Positions 11,673-25,549 are shown, counted from the stretch's first letter. The stretch is 64,000 bases of DNA from Mytilus californianus (GCF_021869535.1 NW_026262690.1:57598001-57662000); one strand, 5' to 3'. The notes: generated from the letters alone by a model not told the origin. Made by a program: numbers and translations.

Positions 11673-13059
11673 AATGAGTGTTTATTTACATAAGTTTAAA
11701 AAATAGTTTGCATTAGAACTAAATCTTATTCTGTAATTGGAAAAATTGCTTTCAATTTTATTGACTCAGTTTCAGAAGTATCCGCTTGTAAGTAAAATAA
11801 AATCACGTACTCTCATCTAGACATCTTTGAAATGTAAAAGCTTCCATTAATCTAACAAAATTCGTTCATTCCTATTATTAAAGTCAGATCCGCCATAGTC
11901 CGATAGCATCTGAAGCCCGACGACACCAAATTATTGTCGCTAGGCGCCAGAATGTCGAACTTAACAAAGCTCATACTAATTCATTGCGGAATAAACAGAC
12001 ATCATGCTATAGGCGACACCGTTAACATGTATTTTGTATGCAGGTCATTGTATTTTATTGTTTTGCTAAACATTATCATATTTTCTTGAAGTACATGTAC
12101 TTCTTCAGTAATTATAAGTGGGTTCTGAAATATTTTTATTTTATGGGAAGTGAAATTAAAACAAACTGAAATTTAGAGGAGGCCTTTTTTTTATTAAAAT
12201 GATAGGGTGCAAATAAATTGTGTATTTTTTTTTTAGAACAAATGGTCACATATTTCTGTTGTCCAAAACTTTTGGTGAGACCCTAGTACTTGCTTTTACC
12301 AAAAATATTTTGCTTTAATCATTTCAACTAAACATGCTGATTTGTTAAATTAACCCTTTTCTCGTTCATCATGCCAGAGTAATAAATGATGCATACGTGT
12401 GGTATGTATGAATAAAATTCAACAATGTACAGCATGTTTTGGATGTCGTTTTTTGGAAAGTAAGTATTATCACAAAATACCAGAATCACATTGCTGTACT
12501 GAATGTTGTTTGTAAAACATAAGGAGATCGATCTATCTCGAACAATATTTTTTAATAGTGTTAATTCATTATAACTTCATATACAACTTAAATTAAAATG
12601 CTTTGATTGTATTAAGCTGTACAACACTTAAGTGTAATAAAACTATGTAAAACTATTTCTTATTTAAAAAAGAATTGTTGATAATTGTATTGCTTTAATC
12701 AAATACAACTGTAGAAAATAAATTGATAAATGAACCCGTAAATGTAGAAAAGGGATAAAAACTCTAATTCACACGATCGTATGCAGAGATATATTAATAG
12801 TCACAAAACTAAAGTCTTATAAAAAAAACCCTCATCTTGAGCGATGCTAACATTTTGAGTATCAAAATGCTATGAAAAAGATGCTGTTTTAGAAAATGTT
12901 CTTCAAATTTCTAGAAAATAGAGCTGGTCTCTTTTTATACGTTTTCAGAAAATTACAAAGCCGATTTGTGTATAACATTCTCATAAACCTTTTATTAGAA
13001 TATATTTGTTTATTTTCATGTTACTTATTAGTAAAAAATAATGTCATTCTGTTTTGTAG

Positions 13060-13419
13060 CGTCATGGTAGTTTTGTTTGGGACCAAGCTTCAAAAGAACT
13101 GGCAGATAAATTCGTACAACAACAAAGTCATATAGAAAGCATTGACAAAGCTGAAGTTAAACACTTTAATGGTGCTACAGTAGATATCCATCCTGTATTA
13201 CCCCCTCCTCAACCAACTTGTGAACCAACGTCGAAGTCACCACCCAAGTCACCACTTAAATCACCTCCGGCCTCTACCACTCAATCACCTAAGAGAATTA
13301 CCCCTCCTGCAACCGAATTGGTGAGTTGTAGTGGGGATAGTGTCTCAAAAGAAGAAAAAAAGAATCCACAAATTAATAATGGGACAACTACTTCTGTGAA
13401 TGAGTCTGGTGAAAAATAA
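13060..13419 (+). CDS. CIMIP6: C2orf73/CIMIP6-like protein, terminal coding exon
   Basis: Acceptor ttttgtag; RHGSFVWDQ... completes the KRHGAFV-like motif, then a Ser/Pro-rich tail to TAA at 13417-13419; phase 0 matches exon 3. Confidence 0.85.
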   Translation, partial: RHGSFVWDQASKELADKFVQQQSHIESIDKAEVKHFNGATVDIHPVLPPPQPTCEPTSKSPPKSPLKSPPASTTQSPKRITPPATELVSCSGDSVSKEEKKNPQINNGTTTSVNESGEK

Positions 13420-14951
13420 GAATGTTTTAGAATTTTAACATTTAAAGAAAATGTTACTTTATTATCACTTGTTAAGTTTTGTTATTCTTTCTTAGTTTAT
13501 TTGACTAGCCCAAGGCTTTTAGGAAACATGAATAGTATTTTGTTGTATTTATTCAGGGTAGAATTACATTTTAAATGGTATTAGCGAAGTATAAATATCT
13601 AAAAAAAAGATGTTAGGGTTATTCGTTTTGCTTAGATTTGCATAATATAAATTGCACAAATGCATTTATTGTTTTGAAAAAAAGGATTTTCTGAGGGGTT
13701 CTAAACAAATGAAGGAATAAATCTACTAGATTATAATATATGTTATAAGCTTTTCCCCTTATAATAGTTCAGATAAAGTGCATGAAGTTTCTGTACTACT
13801 TAAAACATGTTTTATTTTCAATGTTATACGTTAATTGACGTGGAGTTGTTCAGTTGATTTTTTTGTTCTTCACAGTTTTTTCCAGAATATATATTTTTAA
13901 TGCAATATTTTACGAATGCTGTGATATTGACTTTCAAATGAATGAATCATAAAAAAAGTATTAACTTGTCATATTTTGTTAATCTGTATTTATTTTGATA
14001 CCTTTATATATTTTCAAATGTTTTATGCAATTTTTAAAATCATTTAATACGTCTTTATATATACATTTAGCTCGATTTGGAGCACATTTTTAAGTATTAA
14101 AGGATCAATTGCAAAGCAAAGGAAGTTACATTTTACATTACATTAAATGTAAAAGCCCTAAGAAAAATGAACATAAAATGAGTAATAAAAACCTATACAA
14201 ATGAAGAAGTATATGAATATAAAATCCTTTTCACTTTTATCTTATGTAGATATTTCAAAATGTAAATCATCCAAAGTTCAGAAATAACTTGAAATATTCT
14301 TTTTTATCCTTTTAAAATCCAAGCCAAAACATATGTTTTTCACATTATTGTCAAAAGTTTTTATATATTATAAACTTTATTTTATATGCATTTCCAAGAA
14401 CTGAAGTATTATATGTTTTTCTTATTGTAATGTATTACTTACATGGATTGAACAATCTAACTGAAGACAATTTTCAAGGTATTAAGGACTTGATGAATTT
14501 AATTATTCCAGTCATTATCATGAAGATTGTTTGAATAAAAATCAGCCATGTTAAATTTACATAATTTAACAGATAAATTGGTTTGTATTTGAAAATAATA
14601 ATGCGTTGAATCACACTTCTTCTATAACGATTCTTTTCATTTTTGTACTGAGTTTGACTGTTGTAATAACTGCCTTTCGGTGTCACAATCATTGTTTGTA
14701 CCGTTTAATGTATGTCTTATTTGTTTCTTGGTTGAAATGTTTGTTAAATGTTTTGAATATTATGTTTAATTTGTAAGACTGTTAGATAATATCAACACTG
14801 CTGAGAAGAACAGTACAGTTAAGTTTGCATTTATATCATGTTATGTATACACTAGTGTTTCACTATGTACTGCTGTACTGTAAAATCGATTAGATTTTCA
14901 TTATATTTGAATTTTTAAAAATGTACTTTTCTAGGGCTTTCAGCAATGATG

Positions 14952-14957
14952 AATAAA
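14952..14957 (+). terminator. Candidate polyadenylation signal of the CIMIP6-like gene (3' UTR about 1.5 kb)
   Basis: AATAAA at the end of a long AT-rich tract, followed by a T-rich downstream stretch; other AATAAA hexamers lie upstream. Confidence 0.35.
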
Positions 14958-16253
14958 ATACATTTTTCTTGATTGAAAGTTGATTAATTAACAAAGCGGG
15001 GATTATTTTAAGTATATACAGACGATTATAAATTGTATAGGTGAAATCAGTTATCCTATAGAATAGTGAATTAAAACGGGGAATATGTCAAAAAGACAAC
15101 AACCTGACCAAGGGCAAAATACAGCCCAAGGCCACCAATGGGTAATAGGTCTTCAACGCAACGAAACTATCCCGCACCCGAAATCCGTCTTCATCTGGCC
15201 TCTAAACAATGATGTATATGAGTTCAGCGAAGTGGACGCCACTCTAAACTCCGAAACATACAATGATCCAAAATTAAAAAAAACTCACAAGAACAGGCAA
15301 AATATGCCCTCAATTTTAGAATTCATTCATACATTTTTGCATTATTCAAAATTTTCAGTCAAAATGTGTTCTACAAGGATCACCAGTCCATCACCTTTCA
15401 TTTGATACGTAATTGCCAAAATGTGTTCTACATAGTTTGCTATTTGCGCCTATGCGTGGTTACTATTTTGTTTTAAATATGTACTACTTTCCAGTATGTT
15501 CGTTTTTACCAGGCCCGATTCGGTGGTGTTACATCTTACAAAGTCTATCCCAATTATTTTGCAAAGAATTCCGCGCAAAATGGTGCTAAGGGCCGTCAGG
15601 TGAGATTTTATTTGCTCCGTGTTGAAGCCCTCACTGTGACTGAGATAAAGAACAGCAATACAATCGCTGTTCCTTTGCTTTTTGTGTGTTTTTTGCTGTG
15701 CATGAGTCCGATGTTTAAATAGGTAACAGAAGAAACTAAGCAAAATTTGACAATGATAAACATAAATTAAAAAAGGACTACTAGCAGTTATTGACATGCC
15801 AGCTTCAGACTACAATTAAGTGATTGAAAGATTATATGTCTTCGTCATATATATGAAAACCAATCACAATTCCTCCCGTTAGGTGTTTAGTATCATGCCA
15901 TCATATAGTATACGAAAAGAACACAACCCGTATTATGCCAACAACTGGTTTTAAAATAAAGTGTTTATTTCCGATGCAAAGACCTATAAGTGAATTAATA
16001 TCAATTCAAAACATGCCTTCTTTTATGACTTGACAACAGCATCGTTACTATAACCCTTGTGAACAAGTCTGTTTAAAGGTTTGTTTATCGTTTGAGGTGA
16101 ATGACGACATTTTTGTGCTTTGTATAGAATCTTACCGTAAAAGATGGGATGTGAAATACTTGAACGTATAAGATGTCTGCACGTTGATTTATATTACGAA
16201 TGATTTTCTTGTAGGAATGATAAAATTGAGCAAAAGTTTTACTATTTCGTTTT

Positions 16254-16418
16254 CAGGGTTGCGTTCAATATCGTAGCGGCTACGTAGTGCTACGTAGATT
16301 TATGACTATTGAACGAGTAGCTAGCCTAGCTGCTATCAATGTCTATGTAGCAGCTAGGCTAGCTACACGTTCAATAGTCATAAATCTACGTAGCCCTACG
16401 ATATTGAACGCAACCCTG
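16254..16418. mobile_element. 165-bp near-perfect palindromic MITE with CAGGGTTG termini
   Basis: CAGGGTTGCGTTCAATATCGTAG...CTACGATATTGAACGCAACCCTG; the arms pair almost to the centre; no TSD seen. Confidence 0.8.
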
Positions 16419-17776
16419 CTATCATGGCCTCTTTAGATGGCAGTAGAGAAAATAGTTCATTTCTAAATCGAACTGGAAAGTATTAGTACCTATACACATG
16501 TTCAATGCATCAACCTTTGATGATCGGTCGTATTTTTCTTCTTCGCGTATTCTTAATTCAAGAGAGATACTTATATAAAAGAGTAAGATGATATCAAGTG
16601 TCTTTATTAACTCAGGTGCCCCGGAAAGGCAATTTATAAATAAAATGGAATTTGATGTACAGGCCAATGAGACAGTAAACGAACAAAACAGCACAAAAGG
16701 AAACATCTAGAGGTGGACATTCGTTCTTCAACACGCAGAGTTGTCTAAAGTAAAGAAGTATGTGTAGAAAAAGAAAACTATACGTGACAGTATAAGAAAC
16801 AATTAAACTTTACGATATAGTGAAAAATAGATGAACTGCACATATATACCATCTCCATGCCACTGTACACCATGTTCTATGTTAGGGATACAACCCTTTA
16901 TTATGTTGAGGTGGGATAAGATCACCTGACTAATGAAAACTATATATTATAAAAGCATACTTGAATGAGTGACAGTGTTAATAAATTGAACTGACTAGAT
17001 ATACACATTGTAAGCTTTTAATGTAAATGAAATAAGCGAACTTTTTAAGAACCAGACTATAGTGACGTTTTAATGCCTGGTAAATATATGATGGAAGATT
17101 GCAACGAAATTGTTGATGGTAATGATGGTGATATTAAAAAAAAATCAAATAACCGACTCAAACAAGAATCTGCCAGACATGACGCCGATAGGTAAACTGA
17201 CTTTAATGCATGCTCTAAACCAATGACGTATACCGGTATACAAACCTACTATGATTGGTATTGTAGTTCTCTGTCAAAACATTCTAGATGTTATAGATTA
17301 TATATCAAATTTAAAATTTAAAATTACAGAACACTGCTACTAAATAGACTTAATATAGATATAAAAATTAATTCGTTGCAATATATGATAGTAATCTGGA
17401 GGAATATTCTGTAAAATTCAAGTAAAAATACACGTTTGCCCAATTGTATACAGACAGTGTATACGTTAATGTTCTCAGTGAAAAAAGAGAAAAGGATAAA
17501 AAAATGTATAAGTTGTTTAATTGAAAGACAATTTTTTTGAATGTCACCCTCTCGTCCAGACCAATCAAAAATCGATAATTTAAAGGACAATGAATTGAAT
17601 TTACATCAAGTAGTTAAAGACCATGCTAAAGTTCTACGTTTGGCTCAGATTTTATTATTTGACTGTCAAAATAAAAAAAATAAAACATCTGTTTTGTACG
17701 TGACGTCATAGAACATACTTTTCAATAAAATTCATATGTAAAAGACAATAATGATAGGACATTCAGTATAATAAAT

Positions 17777-17917
17777 TAAATAACACATAGCTGAGAGGGT
17801 GATAGAGCAGATTGGTACCCCTCGAAAAAGCATTGTCAACCTTGGCTTCGCCGCGGTTGACAATGTTTTCTCGGGGTAATAATCTGCTCTATCACCCTCT
17901 CAGCTATGTGTTATTTA
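17777..17917. mobile_element. 141-bp fold-back MITE
   Basis: taaataacacatagctgagagggtgatagagcagatt is exactly inverted at the right end; inner arms cattgtcaacc/ggttgacaatg surround ttggcttcgccgc. Confidence 0.8.
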
Positions 17918-19759
17918 TATAAAATACTTCATGAATATAAAACCATTGACGAAGCGTGGGGACTATTGTGTTATATTCTTAGAATTATTGAATCATCCAT
18001 ATTTTTTTTAGAGAGGTACCACCGGTTAATCAGATAACATCAATCAGAAATAGAATAGACAATACCAAATAATTAGCAAATGGAAAGCACAAAGACAATC
18101 CTTTAACCCTCTGTGAATTAAAAAAAAACATTCACTTTCGTTTCCAATATTTGTAGTTAAATTGTAACTGCTTATAAAAAAGCTCTCTGAAGCCTTCGTA
18201 CAAAATTTTTCAAATCGGATATAGATGTAACCTTTTTCATACTCAGAGACCGTGTTCACATATATCTTAAATTCAGAAGACAAGACAACAGTCGTGAGCT
18301 TTGATAGGAAACTAGGTATGTATCGATTGTTTATGGACCAATCACGTGTTTCTTAAAATACATACTTTTGACATGTGATTTACATTTCCGCTTTATGGTA
18401 TCTTGGTGCTCCTGTCATTTGTCACAAGTGTAATGGTGAATGTGATTAGGCCATATCATATATGTATTGTAATTTAAGTCTTTGACCAAGAAGAACACTG
18501 CAACTTGAGATAGCTTTTACCAAGTAAAACTTTGTCAGAGAGGTAATTGTAAACTTAAAAGTTGGGAGAAAGCGTAATTCCATGGCAAAGTCTGCTTTCA
18601 ATATTGACCTTTTGAACAGTTGAGGTGTCAAATGCAAAATACATGAACTAAGTTATCTTTTACTAAAGATAAAATAAGTAAGAGGCAGGTGTTACCTGTG
18701 AAAGAGGACGGAGTCGATTTTAATTTCATTATACCTTTTGGTAATCAGATATATACAAATTTGCAGGAATTGATACAGCCTCCGTCAACAGCTTGGATGC
18801 GCAAGTGTAAACGTTAACGATTTTGGATTCACTAGTATTATATTGGTATTTACATTGAGTGTTCTTTTTATTGATTTTTTTTTACTGTTATGAGGACACT
18901 TTTCTAACAACAAAAAAATGACACGCCTTCACAACTTTTCATGTCTCTCCTCCCTGATAAGCATATTCCACCACCAATGACCGATCCAGATTAATCACAA
19001 TATTTATCGATAGGAATTTCGATCAAACAAGAAATTTGGATTTTCAACATGGCTTTTAGTTATCTCTCCAGCTCTTTTATTTTTTCCTAGTGTTGTCACA
19101 GATTTATGAATTAAAACTTTAATAAATAATGACGATTATTAAACCTTAAATAATTAAGTTGCATGCATATTCATTTGCTTTCTATTTACATTGGTTTCTT
19201 TGAAAGTTAGTGATTTTTTTGCAGATTACAATTATTGTTGACCTTGTATTTATTATCAAACTCATTTATTCCACCATCTATACGCATAGTATTATTAGTT
19301 GAAATGACTGGATAGTCAATTAAACACTTTTGATATATTTTCTCTTTTCAGTCAGTGACAGGTAAAATATATATATATTGGTATTAGAAGAATGATAGAC
19401 ATAACAGATATGTTAGTTGGCCATTTAACCACGGAATTCTGAATACTATCATGCGATAAAATTACCAAGGAAAACGTATATCATTTACATATCCATTCAA
19501 AATATTACATGACATTTTAAATATTTATAGAAATCATAGCGAAAAGTGAGGGACGTTTGTCATTCAATAGAACCACTAATCATTTTCTAAATTTATAATT
19601 CATAAGTATCATTTTCACTTAGCTCATCAAAACGGAACAGTTTTTATATTGTTAATTTGAATACCATGCACATTTAAAATCATCCAAATTGAAAGACAGT
19701 GAGTCTCAAGTTTCGAAGTGTAAGGTCGTAGTAATGTTGAAAAGGATTTATTAGTCAAA

Positions 19760-19762
19760 ATG
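19760..19762 (+). CDS. Calmodulin-like gene, exon 1 (initiator ATG only)
   Basis: caaaATG followed by GTAAGT: good start context and perfect donor; an ATG-only first coding exon is the canonical calmodulin layout; phase 0 matches exon 2. Confidence 0.7.
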
Positions 19763-22388
19763 GTAAGTTGGCTATAATGAATTATCATTTTTTTTAGTTT
19801 TTGAGGAAACATGATATACATCAAAAGAGAGGAAAAGATACCAAATGGATATTCAAACTCATAAGTAGAAAACAGACTGATAATGTCATGCCAAATAACG
19901 AGAAACCACAAGACAAACAACAGTACACAAAACACATGATGTTTGAATATTGTTAATATTTGTCTGAGCACTATTCCCAAACCATGCACAAGTGAAATAC
20001 GATACCAGTGAACAAGAAATAACATTCAATGAAAAAAGTGTTTACATTGTAACATTGTTTTGATGTTCGTTACACATTTCTGCGTATAAAAATTAGATTA
20101 CAGTTATATGTATATATTTTTAAAAATGCGTGAAAATAGAATCTCATTTTTTGTTGTTGTCCCAGCTATTGAAAAAATAACTTTTAGTTAATATGAATGT
20201 TGCAATATGTATACACCGCCGTATTGCAATTCTGCATATAGATTTATTCATCTTCATCATATAAACAATTATAAAACCTCTGCAAAAAATACCAAACTTA
20301 TAAAAAAAAACATTCAACGAGGACTGATGCGCGAGACCTGTAGCATAATGCTCAGTATTGCTATACGCAGCCGTAATGTAAGCGGAGCCGCTTTTCACGC
20401 CAGGAAAGTTGATTTTCAACATAAGCTGAAGGCACAACATATAAAATTTTTATCTTTTTTTTGTATTTAAATCCGACGATAACAAAAGGAGGTTATTGCA
20501 CAATAATACACGTATTTACATGTTTGAACTTTCTGTACGAAGAGGAAGCAAGCCTCTGTTAGCTCTTTGGTCCTATCAGAAAATCCGCGATCTCTGCTCC
20601 GACAAATCGAAACAGGTCTATGGTTAATGGCATCTTATGCAGCAAACAATCGCTGAAACTCAATCACTTGTAAATAACTGTTTATCTTATCAGACAAGCA
20701 CACGAGTTGGTTAAAATTATTAAATATCGAACCAAGTGGTTCAAGTTTAAAGGGGGGCATTTCGAGAAAAGCAAAACAAGGGGGATTAGCAAAATTTCGA
20801 CATGTTTGATTCTGACCAAAAATGATAATGATTGATGATGTGTTTTTGGATATAACGTTGGGCGTTATCAACTACGATTAAATATCATTTTGAACCTTTT
20901 GTAATACTCGCAGAAGAGTTTAAATGACGAACTAATAACATATTTAAATTAAAGAAAGTGTGAGGCACACATCACTGACAAAATCTATACACAAACTATT
21001 GGATGTCAACATAACTGCCTTCAACAATAGACGGGTATGAATAAAGGGAGATGTTAGGTGTGGATTAATTAGACAGTCAGCAGTCCAATGAGAAAAATTA
21101 CCAATACACATCTATACAAGATGTCAAGTTCTAAACCTCCCCTTGTTCTAAATCGATGCCAGTGACTAAATACTATGGACTACTTTATCAAATACTATAA
21201 AGATCTATCGTAAACGCCAAATTATTTGCTTGTTTAACACTGCTAAATTACTATTGATAATTTTTTTTGCTTCCCAAACTTGTTTACTTATTTGGAATTA
21301 GAACCAATATTAAATTCTAACTATGCCGATTTAAATAAGAAAAAAAACCAATAGATTTAACAAGGAATTCAAAAATATTTATTTTTCGACCTTTGTTGGA
21401 ATTCGTTTTATATATTTATCATTTTTGTTATATTTTTAGTTAAATCAGTTGTCATGTATAAATAAATATCGTTTTTTACATGCATTATCATTTGAATTTC
21501 ATGCATGCTTAATTAGAAGCATATAACAGGGGTGTGCTCCTTATACAAACACTGCTCCAACAGAGTTATGAGGAAGAACGACTAAAATAGTTTTACATTC
21601 ACTATCACGAATTGGTTGACTGATACGATGTGTCGGTGTCTTAACTCACTAGCGACATGTTTTCGATGTCTTAGGTCTTAAGATACCAAAAATAGGCGTC
21701 TGATCAGTAATTTTACCGATTGTGACCTTTTGACTTGAGTATGAATTCGAATATGCATAGCAGGAGACGCTTACATATCGACACATCCGGTCTCGCTTCC
21801 ATTTGGAGTTTATCTGATTTCCTCAGTTTCTGTTTGTTACCCTGATTTGTCTCTACCTAATCGATTTACGAGATTTGAACATTGATAAACTGCTGTCGCC
21901 TTAATTTATAAACCCAGCTTATCTTTGTATTCATGGACATTGGCAGGTCGAATAAAAGTTCCAGTAGATGTTTATAGAACTCCACTTTTGTAAGAGAGCT
22001 TTTGTTGTAAAAAAAATATGGATTTAAGTGAGAAAAAAAATCCAAATACCATAAATGTTTATAAATTGAAACTTCTTTTCTTGTTTGCACAGCAATTGAT
22101 TTTTATTTTATTGTTACAACGATGACGTTTATTTCTAATTTATTTGTACAGCGTTGCGTGTCCTCATAAGTTTTCCAAATTATTCACGGCTTCAACATGA
22201 TGGAAGCTAACTAAAAGTTCTTTTCAGCTTTTTTAGGTATATATTTTTTGTCAAGGTACTTTTAGGCTAACTTTATGTGTTTTGGTCCTCAAAAAAAATA
22301 TTGCTATAAACGAACCTCAAATAGTAAGAAAAAGACAAGCGTTCCTTACTCATTAAATTGATTTTCATGTGTCTATGCACTGTTACAG

Positions 22389-22425
22389 GATGAACATCAA
22401 CCACTCACAGATGAAGAAATAAAAG
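22389..22425 (+). CDS. Calmodulin-like gene, exon 2
   Basis: Acceptor tgttacag; DEHQPLTDEEIK plus g, cf. calmodulin ADQLTEEQIA; weak donor GTTTCG. Confidence 0.75.
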
Positions 22426-22449
22426 GTTTCGTATTATAAGGAGCCTGCC

Positions 22450-23757
22450 TTTTTAGCTCACCTGGCCCAAAGGGCCAAGTGAGCTTTTCTCATCACTTGG
22501 CGTCCGTCGTCCGTCGTCCAGCGTCCGTCGTCCGTCGTCCGTCGTTCGTAAACTTTTACAAAAATCTTCTCCTCTGAAACTACTGGGCCAAATTTAACCA
22601 AACTTGGCCAATATCATCATTAGGGTATCTAGTTTAAAAAATGTGTCCGGTGACCCGGCCAACTAACCAAGATGGCCGCCATGGCTAAAAATAGAACATA
22701 GGGATAAAATGTAGATTTTGGCTTATATCTCTGAAACCAAAGCATTGAGAGCAAATCTGACAGGGTAAAAATGTTTATTAGCTCAAGATCTATCTGCCCT
22801 GAAATTTTCAGATGAATCGGACAACCCGTTGTTAGGTTGCTGCCCCTGAATTAGTAATTTTAAGGAAATTTTGCCTTATTTGGTTATTATCTTGAATATT
22901 ATTATAGATAGAGATAAACTAGAAACAGCAATAATGTTCAGCAAGGTAAGTTCTACAAATAAGTCAACATGACCAAAATGGTCAGTTGACCTCTTAAGGA
23001 GTTATTGCTCTTTTATAGTCAATTTTTAACAATTTTTCGTAAATTTTTGTTATCTTTTACAAAAATCTTCTCCTCTGAAACTACTAAGATGAATTTAACT
23101 AAAGTTGTAAACAATCATCATTAGGGTATGTAGTTTAAAAATTGTGTTTGATGACCCCGCCCTCAAACCAAGATGGCCGACATGGCTAATAATAGTACAT
23201 AGGGTAAAATGCAGTTTTTGGCTCATATATCTAAACCCAAAGCATTTCTAGCAAATCTTTCAAAGCAAAATTGTTCATTAGGTCAAGATCTATCTTCCCT
23301 TAAATTTTCAGACCATTCAGGCAACCCGTTATTGGGTTGCCGCCCCTGAATTGGTAATTTTTAGAAATTTTTTCAGCTTTTGGTTATTATCTTGAATATT
23401 ATTATAGATAGAGATAAACTGTAAAGAGCAATAATGTACAGCAAAGTAAGACCTACAAATAAGTCACATGACCAAAATGGTCAATTGACCCCTTAAGGAG
23501 TTATTGCCCTTTATAATAAATTTTTAACAATTTTCATAAATTTTGTAAATTTTTACAAAATAATTTCCACTGAAACTACAGGGCCAAGTTCATTATAGAT
23601 AGAGATAATTGTAAGCATCAAGAATGTTCAGTAAAGTAAGATCTACAAACACATCACCATCACCAAAACACAATTTTGTCATGAATCCACCTGTGTCCTT
23701 TGTTTAATATGCACATAGACCAAGGTGAGCGACACAGGCTCTTTAGAGCCTCTAGTT
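22450..23757 (+). mobile_element. Helentron/HINE-like element 3 with about 2.4 tandem units of about 500 bp
   Basis: Subterminal IR tagctcacct/aggtgagcga, (CGTC)n-like microsatellite, unit starts near 22555, 23055 and 23550, 3' hairpin aggctc-tttag-agcct ending in tagtt; begins 24 bp after calmodulin-like exon 2. Confidence 0.8.
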
Positions 23758-25030
23758 TAAATATCAATAATTGCAGTACATGTATGTTTCATAAGAATCA
23801 GTACTATTGATTGGTTAATAAAAATCGTGAGGCATTCTTAAATCAAAATGTATTTCTCAATAAAATGCAACGTTCATGACTGCACGTGCTTCCCATGATA
23901 ACGTCACTAGGCTACAATGCATAGGAAAACACACGAAAAACTTGATATATAATTCGTCATTTCATAGTTTTAGCATATACATGTAATTATAAGAAGTGAA
24001 TGCTTCTTTTTTAGGGTTGTAAATGCTATATAGCCTATAACCATTGTAAGGAATTATCTATCAAATTTTATTTCGGGACATAGATTACAGTTTAATTTGA
24101 TTAAAGATAAGGCTCACATGCACTCTGATCCGTTATTTCCTATAACGACCACTGGCCTAGTATAAAAAGATAATGGAGCAGGATGATAGATATGCTTTTA
24201 ATTGAACCACTTTTATATACTCTTTGCTAATTAATGAATCAAACACTGTTACCTGAAAAATTGTCTGAATTAATAGTAGAAACTAGTATCATTATTGACC
24301 ACATCTAGTGACGTCTATGTTTTTGACAAAGTCCTCTGATTCCTAGATAGTTTAAACATGAAATCGAATAACATTTTCAACAGATTATAATTTCTATTCG
24401 CACGGGTGTTACTAGTAGAACAGAAGCTGCTTACCCTCCAGGAACAATTGCGTTCACTTACGTTTTGTTCGTTGGTACTCGTTTGGCTAAATCCTTAGAT
24501 TTTTAGTCTTGTTTTGTGGACAGTTTGTTGACCATGGTGATGACTTATGGTAGTTGATTGCTCCTATGGTATGTTCTTCCCTTTTTTCATTTACATGGTA
24601 AAATGAGAATGATTATTCGCTTCCTTGCGGACTGCATAAACGAAAAAAGAAAATATAGAAATAAAAGAATTATAAAAGCAGGAATTTTGATGTATTTTGA
24701 CAAGAAGTTACTTGGGGTTGATCGCCTGTGCTCTGGAAGGTTAGGAAGATCCAGCTCCTTTAGTTGACCCCCGTCATTATTACACTTTTTCCCTTTTCAC
24801 AATTTACTCTTCACCCGCCTATGGTAAATTCAAAGGTATTTTTTTTTAAATACTGTTATATATATCGTTTTTACGAACAGATTGGAGAAAGAAAGCTTTC
24901 ATGTTTGGTTTTGGAAAATAAAAACAAAAAAATAATTCGTCAAGCAATTTATCAACTGTTACATCAGGGTACTTTCAGACTTAAATGATATTATCACATA
25001 AAATATTTTACGGTCTTCATACCGATTCGG

Positions 25031-25085
25031 TTGATCTTTATCTGATGAGTCGTATACGTTGACGTATTTCAATTAGGGGTACACA
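25031..25085 (+). ncRNA. Degenerate hammerhead copy (GAAA and stem III deleted)
   Basis: ttgatct...CTGATGA-gtc(gtatacgtt)gac is joined directly to gtattt, so GAAACGCGCGTCTGGC of the intact copy is missing. Confidence 0.5.
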
Positions 25086-25509
25086 TTCTTTTTCATATTT
25101 CATCTTAACCGTAACGGAATAAAACTGGCTTCGGCTTTTATGAGTACATGCTATCACTTGATGTTTTCATAACTCTGTATAGCCCAAAGCTTTAGTTTTT
25201 TTTAGGACGATGTCTATTATATTTTGGTGAAATCAACATCCTTTTCTTTGTGTTTGATTTATCTACTACCAATTATTTTCTAGAAAAAAGTGATGTCTAA
25301 ATAAAGCTAGACAAAAGACAAAAATTTGATAGATGTTCAATTGTAATACTGTAAACCAACTATTCTTCGCGGAAACTAATTTTCGCGTTTAATGTAAGAA
25401 TAAAGATATGTGGTATGATTGCAAATCAGACAACCATCCACCAGAGTCCAAATGACGTTGAACTCAACTTAAACTTCGTTGGTTTGGCCTTCAAATTGTT
25501 TTGATTCGA

Positions 25510-25549
25510 GCGTCCCTGAGTTTTAGTAGACGAAGTGCACGTCTGGCGT
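25510..25549 (+). ncRNA. Degenerate hammerhead copy (core disrupted)
   Basis: gcgtcc-CTGAG-ttttagtagac-GAAG-tgcacgtc-tggcgt; flanks match the retrozyme-like repeat; CUGAUGA is truncated and GAAA is changed. Confidence 0.65.

Noticed and set aside
12896-13135. ORF-track protein MFFKFLENRAG...
   Set aside because: Wrong frame; the real exon starts at 13060 in another frame (RHGSFVW...).
16425-16770. Coding-like stretch on the plus strand (MASLDGSRENSS..., MISSVFINSGAPERQ...)
   Set aside because: Multiple stops, no recognisable motif and no clear splice boundaries.
20520-20870. GC-richer stretch with RT-like flavour on the minus strand
   Set aside because: Only vague similarity to PLE C-terminal motifs; too degraded to assign.
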